DNA of 64,000 nt from an uncultured Pseudomonadota bacterium. GTDB taxonomy: Bacteria; Pseudomonadota; Alphaproteobacteria; Acetobacterales; Acetobacteraceae. Location of the stretch: assembly GCA_963830565.1 (NCBI GenBank), contig CAWHMO010000016.1, positions 26,763 through 90,762 on the forward strand, in the 5' to 3' direction. Of this stretch, positions 1-9,693 are shown in pieces; the stretch's first letter is position 1, and every line of letters begins with the position of its first letter. A model generated the notes under the pieces. It worked only from the letters and a program-made list of their open reading frames with translations. It was not told where the DNA came from and did not search any database. A program made the translations under genes and the position numbers.

Positions 1-132
1 GACAGCCTGTTGATGGGTTTCGGCCTGGATGACGACCAGGTGCATAGTCCCAACGAGAAGTTCGAGCAGGTATGCTTCCATCACGGCATCCGCGCTCACG
101 CGCGACTGCTGGGCAGGCTTGCAGGGGTATAG
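1..132 (+). CDS. 3' end of an M20-family metallopeptidase/dipeptidase (partial, enters from the left edge)
   Basis: Frame-1 translation from nt 1 gives DSLLMGFGLDDDQVHSPNEKFEQVCFHHGIRAHARLLGRLAGV*. This contains the conserved C-terminal GFGL.DD..HSPNEKF block of M20 dipeptidases. TAG lies at 130-132. Confidence 0.5.
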   Translation, partial: DSLLMGFGLDDDQVHSPNEKFEQVCFHHGIRAHARLLGRLAGV

Positions 133-758
133 GTGCCGAACTGACGCGGCTCTTGCTGCGGGAACTCCGTAGCCCGCTTGCCGGCCCCTTCAATTTATCG
201 ATCGCAAACGGCGAGTGCGTTGCGATCAGCGGCCCGTCCGGCGCGGGCAAGAGCCTGTTGCTGCGCATGATCGCCGACCTCGACCCGAACGAAGGCGAGG
301 TGTGGCTGGACGGGCGGGAGCGGCGGAGCTGGAGCGCGCCCGCTTGGCGGCGCCAGGCGGTCTATGCCGCCGCCGAGCCGGGCTGGTGGTCCGAGCGCGT
401 ATCCGAGCACTTCACACCCACCACGGCAGAGGCCGCCCGCGCGCTGCTCCCATGCCTGAACCTTCCGCCCGCCATGATGGAAGGGGCCCTGAGCCGGCTG
501 TCCACCGGGGAGCGCCAGCGCCTCGCGCTGGTGCGCGCGCTCGTGCTCGATTCTCCGGTGCTCCTGCTCGACGAACCCACGGGCGCGCTCGACCAGGATG
601 CGACATCACGCGTCGAGGACGCGCTGCGGGCGCGGCTGGCGTGCGGCACGGCGATCCTGATGGTGACGCACAGCGCCGAGCAGGCCGCGCGCCTCGGAAG
701 GCAAAGGCTGCGCATGGCGGAGGGACGGCTGACCGGCCCCCCGGTGTCGCCTGCATGA
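72..758 (+). CDS. fetA: ABC transporter ATP-binding protein, FetA/YbbL-like (putative iron export)
   Basis: Has Walker A GPSGAGKS, signature LSTGERQR and Walker B LLLDEP. It pairs by ATGA overlap with a YbbM/FetB-type permease. The ATG at 72 overlaps the upstream peptidase ORF by 61 nt, so the true start may be internal (e.g. TTG 153). Confidence 0.8.
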   Translation: MLPSRHPRSRATAGQACRGIGAELTRLLLRELRSPLAGPFNLSIANGECVAISGPSGAGKSLLLRMIADLDPNEGEVWLDGRERRSWSAPAWRRQAVYAAAEPGWWSERVSEHFTPTTAEAARALLPCLNLPPAMMEGALSRLSTGERQRLALVRALVLDSPVLLLDEPTGALDQDATSRVEDALRARLACGTAILMVTHSAEQAARLGRQRLRMAEGRLTGPPVSPA

Positions 759-1564
759 GCCCCATCCTGCTGTCCTGGACGGATATCGGCATCGCCGCCT
801 CGCTGCTGTTCGTGGACGGCGTGCTCTCGCTGGCCCTCGGCTTGCGGCTGCACCGCCAGCTTGGCGTCGCGGCGGCGCGCATGGTGCTACAACTCGTCGC
901 CATCGGCTTCGTGCTGCGGACGGTGTTCCGCCTCGCCTCGCCCTGGATCACGGTTGCCGTGCTCCTGGTCATGGCCGCCGTGGCGGCGCGCGAGGTGGCG
1001 GCGCGGCCGGAACAGCGGCTGACCCGGCTCGGCAATGTCGCGGTCGGCGCCTCGGCGGTCGCCTTCGCGACCGTGCTGACCGCCGGCCTGGCGCTGAGCA
1101 CCGCGATCCGCCCGCAGCCCTGGTACGACCCGCGCTACGCCATCCCGCTGACCGGGATCGTGCTCGGCAACGTGCTGAACGGGGCAAGCCTCGCGCTCGA
1201 TTCCCTGCTCGGCGGGGTGGTGCGCGAGCGTGGCCCGATCGAGGCGCGGCTGGCGCTGGGAGCCACCTATGGCCAGGCGATACGCCCCTTGGTGCGCGCC
1301 TCCGTCCGGCGCGCGCTGCTGCCCATCGTCAATCAGATGTCGGCCGCCGGGCTGGTGACGCTGCCGGGGATCATGACCGGACAGATCCTCGCCGGCATGG
1401 ACCCGGTGGAGGCGGTCAAATACCAGATCCTGCTGATGTTCCTGCTGGGCGGCGGCAGCGGACTCGCGGCGGTGGCGGTGGCTTACCTGGCCGCCTGGCG
1501 GTTGAGCGACGACCGCCACCGGCTGCGGTTGGACCGGCTGCATGTGCCTGGGGTTCGCGGGTAG
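755..1564 (+). CDS. fetB: FetB/YbbM (UPF0014) family ABC exporter permease
   Basis: Internal ATG at 755 of ORF 215..1564. MSPILLSW... carries LALGATYGQAIRP...LPIVNQMSAAGLVTLPGIMTGQILAGMDPVEAVKYQILLMF, which matches the E. coli FetB C-terminal blocks. It has a 4-nt ATGA overlap with fetA. Confidence 0.85.
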   Translation: MSPILLSWTDIGIAASLLFVDGVLSLALGLRLHRQLGVAAARMVLQLVAIGFVLRTVFRLASPWITVAVLLVMAAVAAREVAARPEQRLTRLGNVAVGASAVAFATVLTAGLALSTAIRPQPWYDPRYAIPLTGIVLGNVLNGASLALDSLLGGVVRERGPIEARLALGATYGQAIRPLVRASVRRALLPIVNQMSAAGLVTLPGIMTGQILAGMDPVEAVKYQILLMFLLGGGSGLAAVAVAYLAAWRLSDDRHRLRLDRLHVPGVRG

Positions 1565-1666
1565 GCTATGCTGCTATTGGACGAGTCCGGCGCCAGACAC
1601 CCAGAATGCTCCTGCTCGCGCGGGGCCACGGTTCCCCGGCCACCTGCATTGCTGAACGGCAGTTCC

Positions 1667-2872
1667 TCAGAAGGTATCCAGACTCAGAATCCCGTCGTTC
1701 GGATCAATCTTCCCGAACACCCGCCGCGCTACCAGGTCGCGCAGCATGTCGGGTGTGCCGCCGCCCAGCCCCCCGAAGCGGGCGGCGCGGAAAAAGCGGC
1801 TGACCGGATATTCGTCGGTGTAGCCGTAGCCGCCGTGCATCTGCACGGCGTGGCTAGTGACCGTGATCGCCATTTCGTTGCAGTAGATCTTGGCCAGCGC
1901 GGCCTGCATCGGGTCGGGGAACTCCCGCCCGCTGACGCAGGCGCGATACAGCAGGCCGCGCGCCGCCTCGATCTCCTTGTACATGTCCACCAGCTTCCAG
2001 CGCAGCCCCTGGAACTCGGCGATCGGGTGGCCGCCCACCTGGCGCAACTGCATGTAGCGCACGCACTCGTCGAACGCGCCCTCGGCCGAGCCGAGGCAGA
2101 TCGATGAATTGAGGCAGCGCTGCACGTTAAAGGCGTTGAAGAGGCGGCGGATGCCGTTCTCGCGCACGACCAGGTTCTCGACCGGCACCTCCACGTCCTC
2201 GAACCGCACCTCCGACAGCATCTCCCCGCCCATGGTGTGGTACTTGGCTTCGGGGATCAGGCCCTTCGTGCCCTTTTCCACCAGCAGGCAGCCGATGCCC
2301 TCGCCGCCTGGTCTGCGATCGACGCGGGTGAAAACGATGAACAGATCGCCTACATCGGCGCGGCTGATCAGCGTCTTGGCGCCGTTCAGCACCACAAGCT
2401 CGCCGCGAATGTCCGCGTTGGTCCGCATCCGCGCCGCATCGGTCCCGGCATCCGGCTCGGTGATGCAGATGGCGAGAACGCACGCCCCCGCGACGATCCT
2501 CGGCAGGAAGCGCTGGCGCAACGACTCGGGCGCGAAATGCGATATGATGCGGCACTGCACGCCGATCTCGCCCAGCATCATCATCGCCGTCGCGTAACAG
2601 CCCTTGGCGATCTCCTCCAGGACCAGCGCCGATTCCAGCGTGCCGAGCCCGAGCCCGCCATAGGCTTCCGGCACCGTCATGCCGGCCACGCCGAGTTCCG
2701 CCAGAAGTTTCAGATTGTCCCACGGAAAGGCGCCGTCCAGATAACGCAGTGCATCGGGCTTGAACCGATCCTGCGTGACCCGGCGCACGGTCTCGATCAG
2801 CCGGCGCTGCTCGTCGGTCAAGCGGAAGTTCAGCCCCTCGACCGCCTCGGCGCTGCTGCCCGCGATGTCCAT
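1667..2872 (-). CDS. acyl-CoA dehydrogenase family protein
   Basis: Internal start MDIAGSS... lies at residue 109 of ORF 1667..3196. ACAD blocks are present along the whole length (GLGLGTLESALVLEEIAKG, ITEPDAGTD, QMHGGYGYTDEYPVSRFFR). Confidence 0.9.
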   Translation of the reverse strand: MDIAGSSAEAVEGLNFRLTDEQRRLIETVRRVTQDRFKPDALRYLDGAFPWDNLKLLAELGVAGMTVPEAYGGLGLGTLESALVLEEIAKGCYATAMMMLGEIGVQCRIISHFAPESLRQRFLPRIVAGACVLAICITEPDAGTDAARMRTNADIRGELVVLNGAKTLISRADVGDLFIVFTRVDRRPGGEGIGCLLVEKGTKGLIPEAKYHTMGGEMLSEVRFEDVEVPVENLVVRENGIRRLFNAFNVQRCLNSSICLGSAEGAFDECVRYMQLRQVGGHPIAEFQGLRWKLVDMYKEIEAARGLLYRACVSGREFPDPMQAALAKIYCNEMAITVTSHAVQMHGGYGYTDEYPVSRFFRAARFGGLGGGTPDMLRDLVARRVFGKIDPNDGILSLDTF

Positions 2873-2959
2873 TCCACCCTCTCTTTCCGTGCGAGTTCTG
2901 CACGCGGGCTTGGCGCGGCGCAACCGACGGGCTTTGCTGGGCGGATCGGGGAGGAGCGG

Positions 2960-4078
2960 ATGCTGCTGCTGGAGCACGACGCCAAGACGCTGCTGGAGGG
3001 CGCGGGCATCCCGGTGCCGCCGGGTTGCCTGCTCGCGCCAGGCCTGGAGGCGCCGCTGCCGGACGGCCCGTTCGTGGTCAAGGCGCAAGTGCCGACGGGC
3101 GGGCGCGGCAAGGCGGGCGGCATCCGCCTGGCCGATAGTCCTGAGGAGGCGCGGGCCGCCGTAGCGGCGCTGCTCGGCATGAGCGTCAAGGGCCACGCGA
3201 TTCGGGCGTGTCGGGTGGAACGGCGGGTGAGCGGGCGCGAGGCCTATCTCAGCCTGTCGATCGACCCGGCGGCAGGCGGCATCCGCCTGCTGTTCGCGCC
3301 CGAGGGCGGCGTCGAGGTCGAGACGCGAGGCTTGGTGCGCGACGCGCTCGCGCCACCCGACGCCGAGGCCACCGCTCGGGAGTTCGCCCGGCTCTTTCCC
3401 TTAACCGATCGCGTAACCGATCGCGCCGCGCTGATCGATGCCGCCGCGCGCCTCTCCGCCGCCTTCTTCCGCCTGGAGGCGACGCTGCTGGAAATCAATC
3501 CGCTGTTCCTGCTCGACAGCGGCGGCTGGGTGGCGGGCGATGCGAAGCTGATCGTGGATGACAACGCGATCCACCGCCAGCCGGTCATCGCCGCGCTGCT
3601 GCGCGCGCGACGCGACGCCTACCCGGCAATCGTCCGCAAGCTGGAGTCCGGGTTCGACTACATCGAGATCGACCCGGAGGGCGAGATCGGCATGGTCACG
3701 ACCGGCGCCGGGCTCTCGATGATGCTGGTTGACGAACTGACGGCACGCGGCCTTCGGCCATTCAATTTCTGCGACATCCGCACCGGCCAGATGCGCGACG
3801 ACCCCAAACGCCTGATCGAGGTGCTGGGCTGGATCGGCGCCGGGCCACACATCCGCGCCATCCTGGTCAACATCTTCGCCGGGATCACCCACCTGGGCGA
3901 GTTCGCGCTCCTGTTCGTGCAGGCAATGGCGGCGGTGGACGTGCGCGCGCCAGTGGTCATGCGGATCATCGGCAACGGGTTCGACGAGGCACGGGACATC
4001 ATCGCCGCTTCCGGTCTCCCCGTCCTGATCGAACCCGACCTCGATCGCGCGATCGCGGCGGTGGCGCGCGCGCGATGA
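2960..4078 (+). CDS. succinate--CoA ligase beta-subunit-like ATP-grasp protein
   Basis: Internal ATG 2960 of ORF 2237..4078. MLLLEHDAKTLLEGAGIPVP...VVKAQVPTGGRGKAGGI is the SucC-type ATP-grasp N-terminus. The C-terminal ligase-CoA domain carries VNIFAGIT. Confidence 0.8.
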   Translation: MLLLEHDAKTLLEGAGIPVPPGCLLAPGLEAPLPDGPFVVKAQVPTGGRGKAGGIRLADSPEEARAAVAALLGMSVKGHAIRACRVERRVSGREAYLSLSIDPAAGGIRLLFAPEGGVEVETRGLVRDALAPPDAEATAREFARLFPLTDRVTDRAALIDAAARLSAAFFRLEATLLEINPLFLLDSGGWVAGDAKLIVDDNAIHRQPVIAALLRARRDAYPAIVRKLESGFDYIEIDPEGEIGMVTTGAGLSMMLVDELTARGLRPFNFCDIRTGQMRDDPKRLIEVLGWIGAGPHIRAILVNIFAGITHLGEFALLFVQAMAAVDVRAPVVMRIIGNGFDEARDIIAASGLPVLIEPDLDRAIAAVARAR

Positions 4079-4954
4079 TCGCACTGGACGCAAGCACGCC
4101 GGTCCTGGTGCAGGGCATGACCGGGCGCACCGGGCAGTCGCACGCGAAGCTGATGCGCCGCTACGGCACGCGCATCGTCGCTGGCACGGGGCGCCGGGCA
4201 GGTGAGCTGGACGGCATCCCGATCTTCACCTCCTGCGGCGCGGCGGTCGCCGCGACCGGCGCGGTCGCCAGCGTGGCGATGGTGCCCGCTCTCGACACTC
4301 TGGCCGCGATCGAGGAGGCGGTTGCAGCCGGCATAAGGCTGATCGTGACCCCGGCCGAGGGCGTGCCGGAGCACGACGCGCTGCACGCGCTGCGCCTGGT
4401 GCGCCAGGCAGGCGTCACCTGGGTCGGTCCCTCGACGCCTGGCATCGCCGTCCCGGGCCAGACCAAGCTCGGCTTCCTGCCCGACGTGGCACTGGCGCCC
4501 GGCCCGCTCGGCGTGATGTCGAAAAGCGGCACGCTCTCCTACGAGATTCTGCCACCGGCTGATCGGCCGGGGGGTCGGCCAGAGCGTGTGGGTGGGCGTC
4601 GGCGGCGATGCCGTGAAGGGCACGCGCTTCGCTGATCTGGTGGAGTTCTTCGCCGCGCACCAGGCAACGCGCGCGGTCCTTGTGGTGGGCGAGATCGGAG
4701 GCACGGAGGAAGAGGAGCTAGCGGCGGTCTTGCGCGCGCAAGACTTCGATAAGCCCGTGTTCGCCCTGATCGCGGGCGCGACAGCGCGGGAGGGCGTGGT
4801 GATGGGTCATGCCGGCGCCCTGATCCACGGCAACGCCGGAACACTGGCGGCCAAGCGCGCTGCCTTGGAGCAGGCCGGCGTGCATGTGGGCGCGAGCATG
4901 GACGAGATCGTGGCCGCTATCGGACGCTGGTCAGCCAGCCGGCATCCCGCGTAA
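4075..4954 (+). pseudogene. succinate--CoA ligase alpha-subunit-like protein, reading frame broken once
   Basis: ORF 4075..4635 (VLVQGMTGRTGQ...MSKSGTLSYEI) continues in ORF 4586..4954 (GQSVWVGVGGDAVKG...GHAGALI). The frame switch lies between about 4545 and 4585, a region containing a G6 run. The start overlaps the beta subunit by ATGA. Confidence 0.75.
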
Positions 4955-4977
4955 CCTTGCCGCAGGGAGGACCGATA

Positions 4978-6015
4978 ATGCCCGCACCGACACGGCGTAT
5001 CTTCGCCGCCAGCCTTGGCGCACTGGCAGCTGCGTCGTTGCTGCCGAACCTGGCGAAGGCCGAAGAGGCCGCGCTCGCCGAGGCCGCGCGCAAGGAAGGC
5101 GGCATTACCTGGTATATCGCCCAGGTCGATGGCGAGACGGCCGAGAACATGGGACGCGCCTTCACGCAGCAATATCCGGGCATCAAGGTCTCGGTGATCC
5201 GGACCACCGGACAGGTCGCCTATGAGCGGCTGATGCAGGATCTGCGGAACAACACGCCGCAATGCGACGTGTTCAGCACCACCGACATCGCGCATATGCC
5301 GGCATTGATGAAGCGCAAAGCGCTGGCACGCTACGTGCCGGACAACGCACAGGCGCTCGCGCCGGCGCTGAAGGGGCTGGGGGAGGACGGGTTCTACTAC
5401 CCAACCACCTACACCTTATTCCTGATCCTGTACAACAGCCAGAAGGTGAAGCCGGACGAGGCGCCGCACGCCTGGACCGACCTGCTCGATCCCAAATGGA
5501 AGGGCCGCATCGCGCTCGGACATCCGGGGTTCAGCGGCTACATGGGCAGCTGGACCCTGGCCATGCGCGACCTCTACAAATGGGATTATTTCGAAAAGCT
5601 GGCGCGCAACAATCCCCGCATTGGCCGGTCGGCGGTCGATCCGGTCACGCTGCTGAACGCCGGAGAAGTCCTGGTCGGCGCCAGCACGCTGTCAAACGGC
5701 CTGCTCAGCGCAAGCAAGGGCAATCCGATCGGCGTGCAGTATCCAACCGACGGGTCGGTGCTGTGCATCGGCCCATCCGGCGTGTTGGCGAACGCGCCGC
5801 ACCCCAACGCGGCGCGGCTGTTCGCCAATTGGCTGCTGAGCCCGGAGTTCGGGAAGATCGCGGTGCAATACTACGTGTTCCCCGCGCGTGCCGACGCACC
5901 CACCGTTCCAGGCGCCAAGCCGCTGGACAGCGTCAAGCTGATCCGGCTCACCACGGCCCAGATCGGCAAGGGCGTGCCCGAGGTCACCGAGCAGTGGCGC
6001 GACACGTTCAGCTGA
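4978..6015 (+). CDS. ABC transporter periplasmic substrate-binding protein, Fe3+/family-1 solute-binding type
   Basis: I chose ATG 4978, which is preceded by GGGAGGA; the table ORF starts at TTG 4957. It has a signal peptide (RRIFAASLGALAAASLLPNLAKA) and an FbpA/AfuA-like body. Confidence 0.85.
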   Translation: MPAPTRRIFAASLGALAAASLLPNLAKAEEAALAEAARKEGGITWYIAQVDGETAENMGRAFTQQYPGIKVSVIRTTGQVAYERLMQDLRNNTPQCDVFSTTDIAHMPALMKRKALARYVPDNAQALAPALKGLGEDGFYYPTTYTLFLILYNSQKVKPDEAPHAWTDLLDPKWKGRIALGHPGFSGYMGSWTLAMRDLYKWDYFEKLARNNPRIGRSAVDPVTLLNAGEVLVGASTLSNGLLSASKGNPIGVQYPTDGSVLCIGPSGVLANAPHPNAARLFANWLLSPEFGKIAVQYYVFPARADAPTVPGAKPLDSVKLIRLTTAQIGKGVPEVTEQWRDTFS

Positions 6016-7718
6016 CCCTACGCCGCCGGCTCCCGGCTCGCTGGAGCGCCGTGGCTGGCGTGCTGCTGCTGCTCGCGATCGCCGGGGTGCTCGTGTTCCT
6101 GGTGGTCAACCCGCTGGCGCGTTTGGTGGCGGTGAGTTTGCAAGACCCCGACACGGGTGCGTTCACCTTCGCCAACTACCTCGCCGCATACGGGCGCCCG
6201 CGCTACGTGCAGGCGCTGTGGAACTCGCTCGCGCTCGGGGGCGTGGTGACGCTGCTTTGTCTCGCCTTCGCGCTGCCGGTGGCTTGGGGCGTGGCCCGCA
6301 CGGACATGCCGGGCAAGCGGCTGGTGCGCTTCCTGGTGCTCGGTGCCTTCGTCACGCCGCCCTATCTCGGTGCGATCGGCTGGATCCTGCTCGCCGGACC
6401 GAATGCCGGCTGGCTCAATCGCATCTGGGCGCTGAGCGGGGTGCAGACGAGCCTGTTCAACATCTACTCGTTCGCCGGCCTTGCCTTCATCATCGCCATC
6501 TACTCCTTCTCCTACCTCTTCATCTTCACCACCGCCGCGCTCGAACTTGTTTCGTCGGAGATGGAGGACGCGGCGAACATCCTGGGCGCCGGCCCGCTGC
6601 GTACGATGCTGCGCGTCACCTTGCCGCTGGTCCTGCCCGCCATCCTGGGCGGCGCCATCGTCACCTTCCTGGAAGCCATCGCCCTGTTCGGCTCGCCGGC
6701 GCTGATCGCGATCCCGGCGCGCTTCAACGTGGTCACGACGCAGCTCCTGCAGTTCTTCTCCATGCCGATCCGGGTCGAGGTGGCGGCGGCCTATGCGATC
6801 CCACTCCTGCTCATCACTCTCGCCCTGTTCGAGGTGCAGCGACGGCTGATCGGGCGCCGGGGCTTCGTGGCGCTCACCGGCAAGGGCGGGGATCGGCGGC
6901 TGATCGCGCTTGGGCCGTGGCGGTGGGTGCTGTTCGGCTACGCCGCCCTGCTGCTCTGCCTATCGGTGCTCCTGCCCTACGCCGCGCTCGCCCAGGCGGC
7001 ACTGTCGCGCGCCTGGGGGCGGGGGTTCAGCCTGTCGAACCTGACGCTCGACAATTTCCACTACCTGCTGTTCGTCCACGACACCGCCGCGCGGTCGGTG
7101 GTCAACAGCTTCACCTTCGCGGCCGCTGCCGCCTGCATTGCGTTGGTCCTGGCACTGGCCGTGGGCTACATCGTCGCCCGCCGGCTGCTGCCCTTCGCCT
7201 GGGTGCTCGGCTTCCTCAGCATGGCGCCTTTCGTTATTCCGGGCATCGTGCTCGCGATCGCCTTCTATTCCGCCTACGCGCCGCCGCCGTTGTCGCTGTA
7301 TGGCACGCCGCTGATCCTGATTCTGGCCTTCGCCACGCGCTTCCTTCCGGTGGGCTACGCCAACACCTCGTCGGCGATCCGCGCCATCAACCCGGAGATG
7401 GAGGAAGCGGTGCGCATCCTGGGCGGCGGACGGCTGCTGGCGATCCGGCGCGTGCTCGCGCCCCTGATGCGCCGCGGTTTGGCCGGGGCGTGGCTGCTGG
7501 TGTTCATCCCCGCCACCCGCGAGCTGTCCACGGCGATGTTCCTCTATGGCCCCAAGACGCGCACCATGTCGGTGATGCTGCTGGACATGAGCGAGGAGGG
7601 AAATTTCGAGCAGCTCGCCGCCCTCGGCTTCATCCTGCTGATCGCGACCTTGGCGATCGTCGCGATCGCCTGGCCGCTGATCGGGCGCGACTTCATGAGC
7701 CGGCGCGACAGCGCGTGA
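5994..7718 (+). CDS. Fe3+-type ABC transporter permease (two fused membrane domains)
   Basis: This is the 3' two-thirds of ORF 5262..7718. The hydrophobic FbpB-like sequence begins at ...LTLRRRLPARWSAVAGVLLLL. The start is uncertain (GTG 5994 or GTG 6051). Two EAA-type loops are present (EDAANILGAG, EEAVRILGGG). Confidence 0.8.
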   Translation: MARHVQLTLRRRLPARWSAVAGVLLLLAIAGVLVFLVVNPLARLVAVSLQDPDTGAFTFANYLAAYGRPRYVQALWNSLALGGVVTLLCLAFALPVAWGVARTDMPGKRLVRFLVLGAFVTPPYLGAIGWILLAGPNAGWLNRIWALSGVQTSLFNIYSFAGLAFIIAIYSFSYLFIFTTAALELVSSEMEDAANILGAGPLRTMLRVTLPLVLPAILGGAIVTFLEAIALFGSPALIAIPARFNVVTTQLLQFFSMPIRVEVAAAYAIPLLLITLALFEVQRRLIGRRGFVALTGKGGDRRLIALGPWRWVLFGYAALLLCLSVLLPYAALAQAALSRAWGRGFSLSNLTLDNFHYLLFVHDTAARSVVNSFTFAAAAACIALVLALAVGYIVARRLLPFAWVLGFLSMAPFVIPGIVLAIAFYSAYAPPPLSLYGTPLILILAFATRFLPVGYANTSSAIRAINPEMEEAVRILGGGRLLAIRRVLAPLMRRGLAGAWLLVFIPATRELSTAMFLYGPKTRTMSVMLLDMSEEGNFEQLAALGFILLIATLAIVAIAWPLIGRDFMSRRDSA

Positions 7719-8794
7719 GCAAGCTCGCGCTGCGCGGCCTGACCCGGCGCTTTGGCGGCACCGCCGCCGTGGACGACGTCACGTTGGAGTTGCAGGAGGG
7801 CGAGTTCGTCTCCCTGCTCGGCCCCTCGGGATGCGGAAAGACCACCACGTTGCGCATGATCGCGGGCTTCATCCCGCCCTCCGCCGGCACGATCGAGATG
7901 GACGGACGGACGCTGTCGGCGCCCGGCTCCGTGCTCGCGCCCGAACGGCGGGGCATGTCGATGATCTTCCAGAGCTACGCGATCTGGCCGAACATGACGG
8001 TCGGCCAGAACGTCGCCTTCGGGTTGAAGCTGCGCCGCCTGCAAGCAGCCGAGACGCGACGGCGCCTCGATGCGATCCTGGAGGTGGTGCGGCTCGGCGC
8101 TTTGCGCGATCGCTATCCGGCGGAGCTGTCGGGCGGCCAGCAGCAGCGTGTCGCGCTGGCCCGCGCCATCGTCATCGAACCGGAGGTGCTGTTGCTCGAC
8201 GAGCCGCTGTCTAACCTGGACGCCGCGCTGCGCGAGGAGATGCGCGGCGAAATCCGCCGCCTGCACGACGCGTTCCGCATCACCACCGTCTACGTAACCC
8301 ACGACCAGGCCGAGGCAATGGTGACATCGGATCGGATCGTGGTCATGAACCGGGGCCGGATCGAGCAGGCGGATGACCCGGTATCGCTCTACACCCGCCC
8401 GCGCACGCGCTTCGTGGCTGGATTCGTCGGCCGCACGAATTTCCTCGACGGCACGGTGCAGGGCGAAGCGATTGCCTTTCCCGGCTTCGTCCTGCCGATC
8501 GCCGGCGTCGCCGACCCGCCCGGCCCAGGCGACAAGGCCAGCTTCTCGGTCCGCCCACAGCAGATCGCGATGCGCGAAGTCCCGCCCGCCGTATCCGACG
8601 GGCGCTGGCGGATCGAGGGCCAGATTACCGAGCGCGCCTATCTCGGCGAGCACTGGGAGTATGTCGTGCGGCCGTCCAACTCCGCGCTGCTGCTGCGTGT
8701 CACCACGCCGCCTTTGGGCCGCCGCGAGGTCGGGCAGGCCGTATGGCTGGAGATTGATCCCCAGGCAATCGCGCGGATACCGCCGCCACCGTGA
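7715..8794 (+). CDS. ABC transporter ATP-binding protein (FbpC/PotA-like with C-terminal TOBE-like domain)
   Basis: GTG 7715 overlaps the permease stop (GTGA). It carries GPSGCGKTT, LSGGQQQRVALARA and LLLDEPLSNLD. Confidence 0.9.
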   Translation: MSKLALRGLTRRFGGTAAVDDVTLELQEGEFVSLLGPSGCGKTTTLRMIAGFIPPSAGTIEMDGRTLSAPGSVLAPERRGMSMIFQSYAIWPNMTVGQNVAFGLKLRRLQAAETRRRLDAILEVVRLGALRDRYPAELSGGQQQRVALARAIVIEPEVLLLDEPLSNLDAALREEMRGEIRRLHDAFRITTVYVTHDQAEAMVTSDRIVVMNRGRIEQADDPVSLYTRPRTRFVAGFVGRTNFLDGTVQGEAIAFPGFVLPIAGVADPPGPGDKASFSVRPQQIAMREVPPAVSDGRWRIEGQITERAYLGEHWEYVVRPSNSALLLRVTTPPLGRREVGQAVWLEIDPQAIARIPPPP

Positions 8795-9693
8795 GTAGCT
8801 ACCTGCTCGTCCAGGCCCTGAACGGGCTGGTCATCGGCGTGATCTACGCGCTGATCGCCGCCGGGCTGACGGTGATCTTCTCGATCCTGAAGATCGTCAA
8901 CTTCGCCCATGGCGAGATCTACATGATGGGGGGCTATTTCGGCTACTTCGTCATCACCTTGCTGGCAATCCCGCCGCTCCCCGCCGTGCTGGTGGCGATG
9001 CTGCTTGCCTTCGCGCTGTCGGTCGCGCTGGAACGCACGCTGCTCTCGCCCTTGTACAGCCCGACCACCGAGCGCAAGGGCGATTACGGCATCCTCGTCA
9101 CCTTCGGCATCTCCATCCTGCTGCGCAATCTCGCCATCATCGTATTCGGCCCGTTCCCGCTTCGCCCGCCGTCATTCTGGCCGGGCGCGCTCGTCGCGGG
9201 CGATCTGATCATGTCATGGGATCGCGTATTCGCCGCTGGCGTCGGCATCGCGATCCTGGTCGCTCTGCTGCTGTTCCTCGCGCGCTCGGCCTGGGGTCAG
9301 GCGCTGAGCGCGGTGAGCCAGTCGCGCGAATCAGCGGCGATCGTCGGCATCAACGACCGGCTCGCCTACACGCTGGCCTTCGCCGTGGGTGGCGCGCTTG
9401 CCGGCGGGGCGGGCGCGCTGGTCGGGCCGATCTACGCGCTGTCGCCCTCCATGGGGTTGGTGCCCGACACCCAGGCCTTCGCCATCGTCGTGCTGGGCGG
9501 CATGGGATCGGTCGGCGGCAGCATCATCGCGGCACTCCTGCTCGGCGTGTCGGAAAACCTGTTCGTCGCCCTGTTCCCCGACCCGACCCGGGGCCTCAGC
9601 TACGCGCAGGCGTTCAGCCTGCTGGTTCTGATGGCGGTGCTGCTGGTCCGTCCGACCGGCCTGTTCGGCCGCGCGCATGTGGCGATGGAATGA
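8791..9693 (+). CDS. livH: branched-chain amino acid ABC transporter permease (LivH family)
   Basis: LivH-type N-terminus LVQALNGLVIGVIYALIAAGLTVIFSILKIVNFAHGE. It overlaps its neighbours by 4 nt. Confidence 0.85.
   Translation: MSSYLLVQALNGLVIGVIYALIAAGLTVIFSILKIVNFAHGEIYMMGGYFGYFVITLLAIPPLPAVLVAMLLAFALSVALERTLLSPLYSPTTERKGDYGILVTFGISILLRNLAIIVFGPFPLRPPSFWPGALVAGDLIMSWDRVFAAGVGIAILVALLLFLARSAWGQALSAVSQSRESAAIVGINDRLAYTLAFAVGGALAGGAGALVGPIYALSPSMGLVPDTQAFAIVVLGGMGSVGGSIIAALLLGVSENLFVALFPDPTRGLSYAQAFSLLVLMAVLLVRPTGLFGRAHVAME

Noticed and set aside
5262-6000. Long 5' extensions of ORFs 5262..7718 and 6218..8794
   Set aside because: The upstream parts are out-of-frame readings through the SBP and permease genes (R/A/G-rich). 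Real homology begins near 5994 and 7715 respectively.
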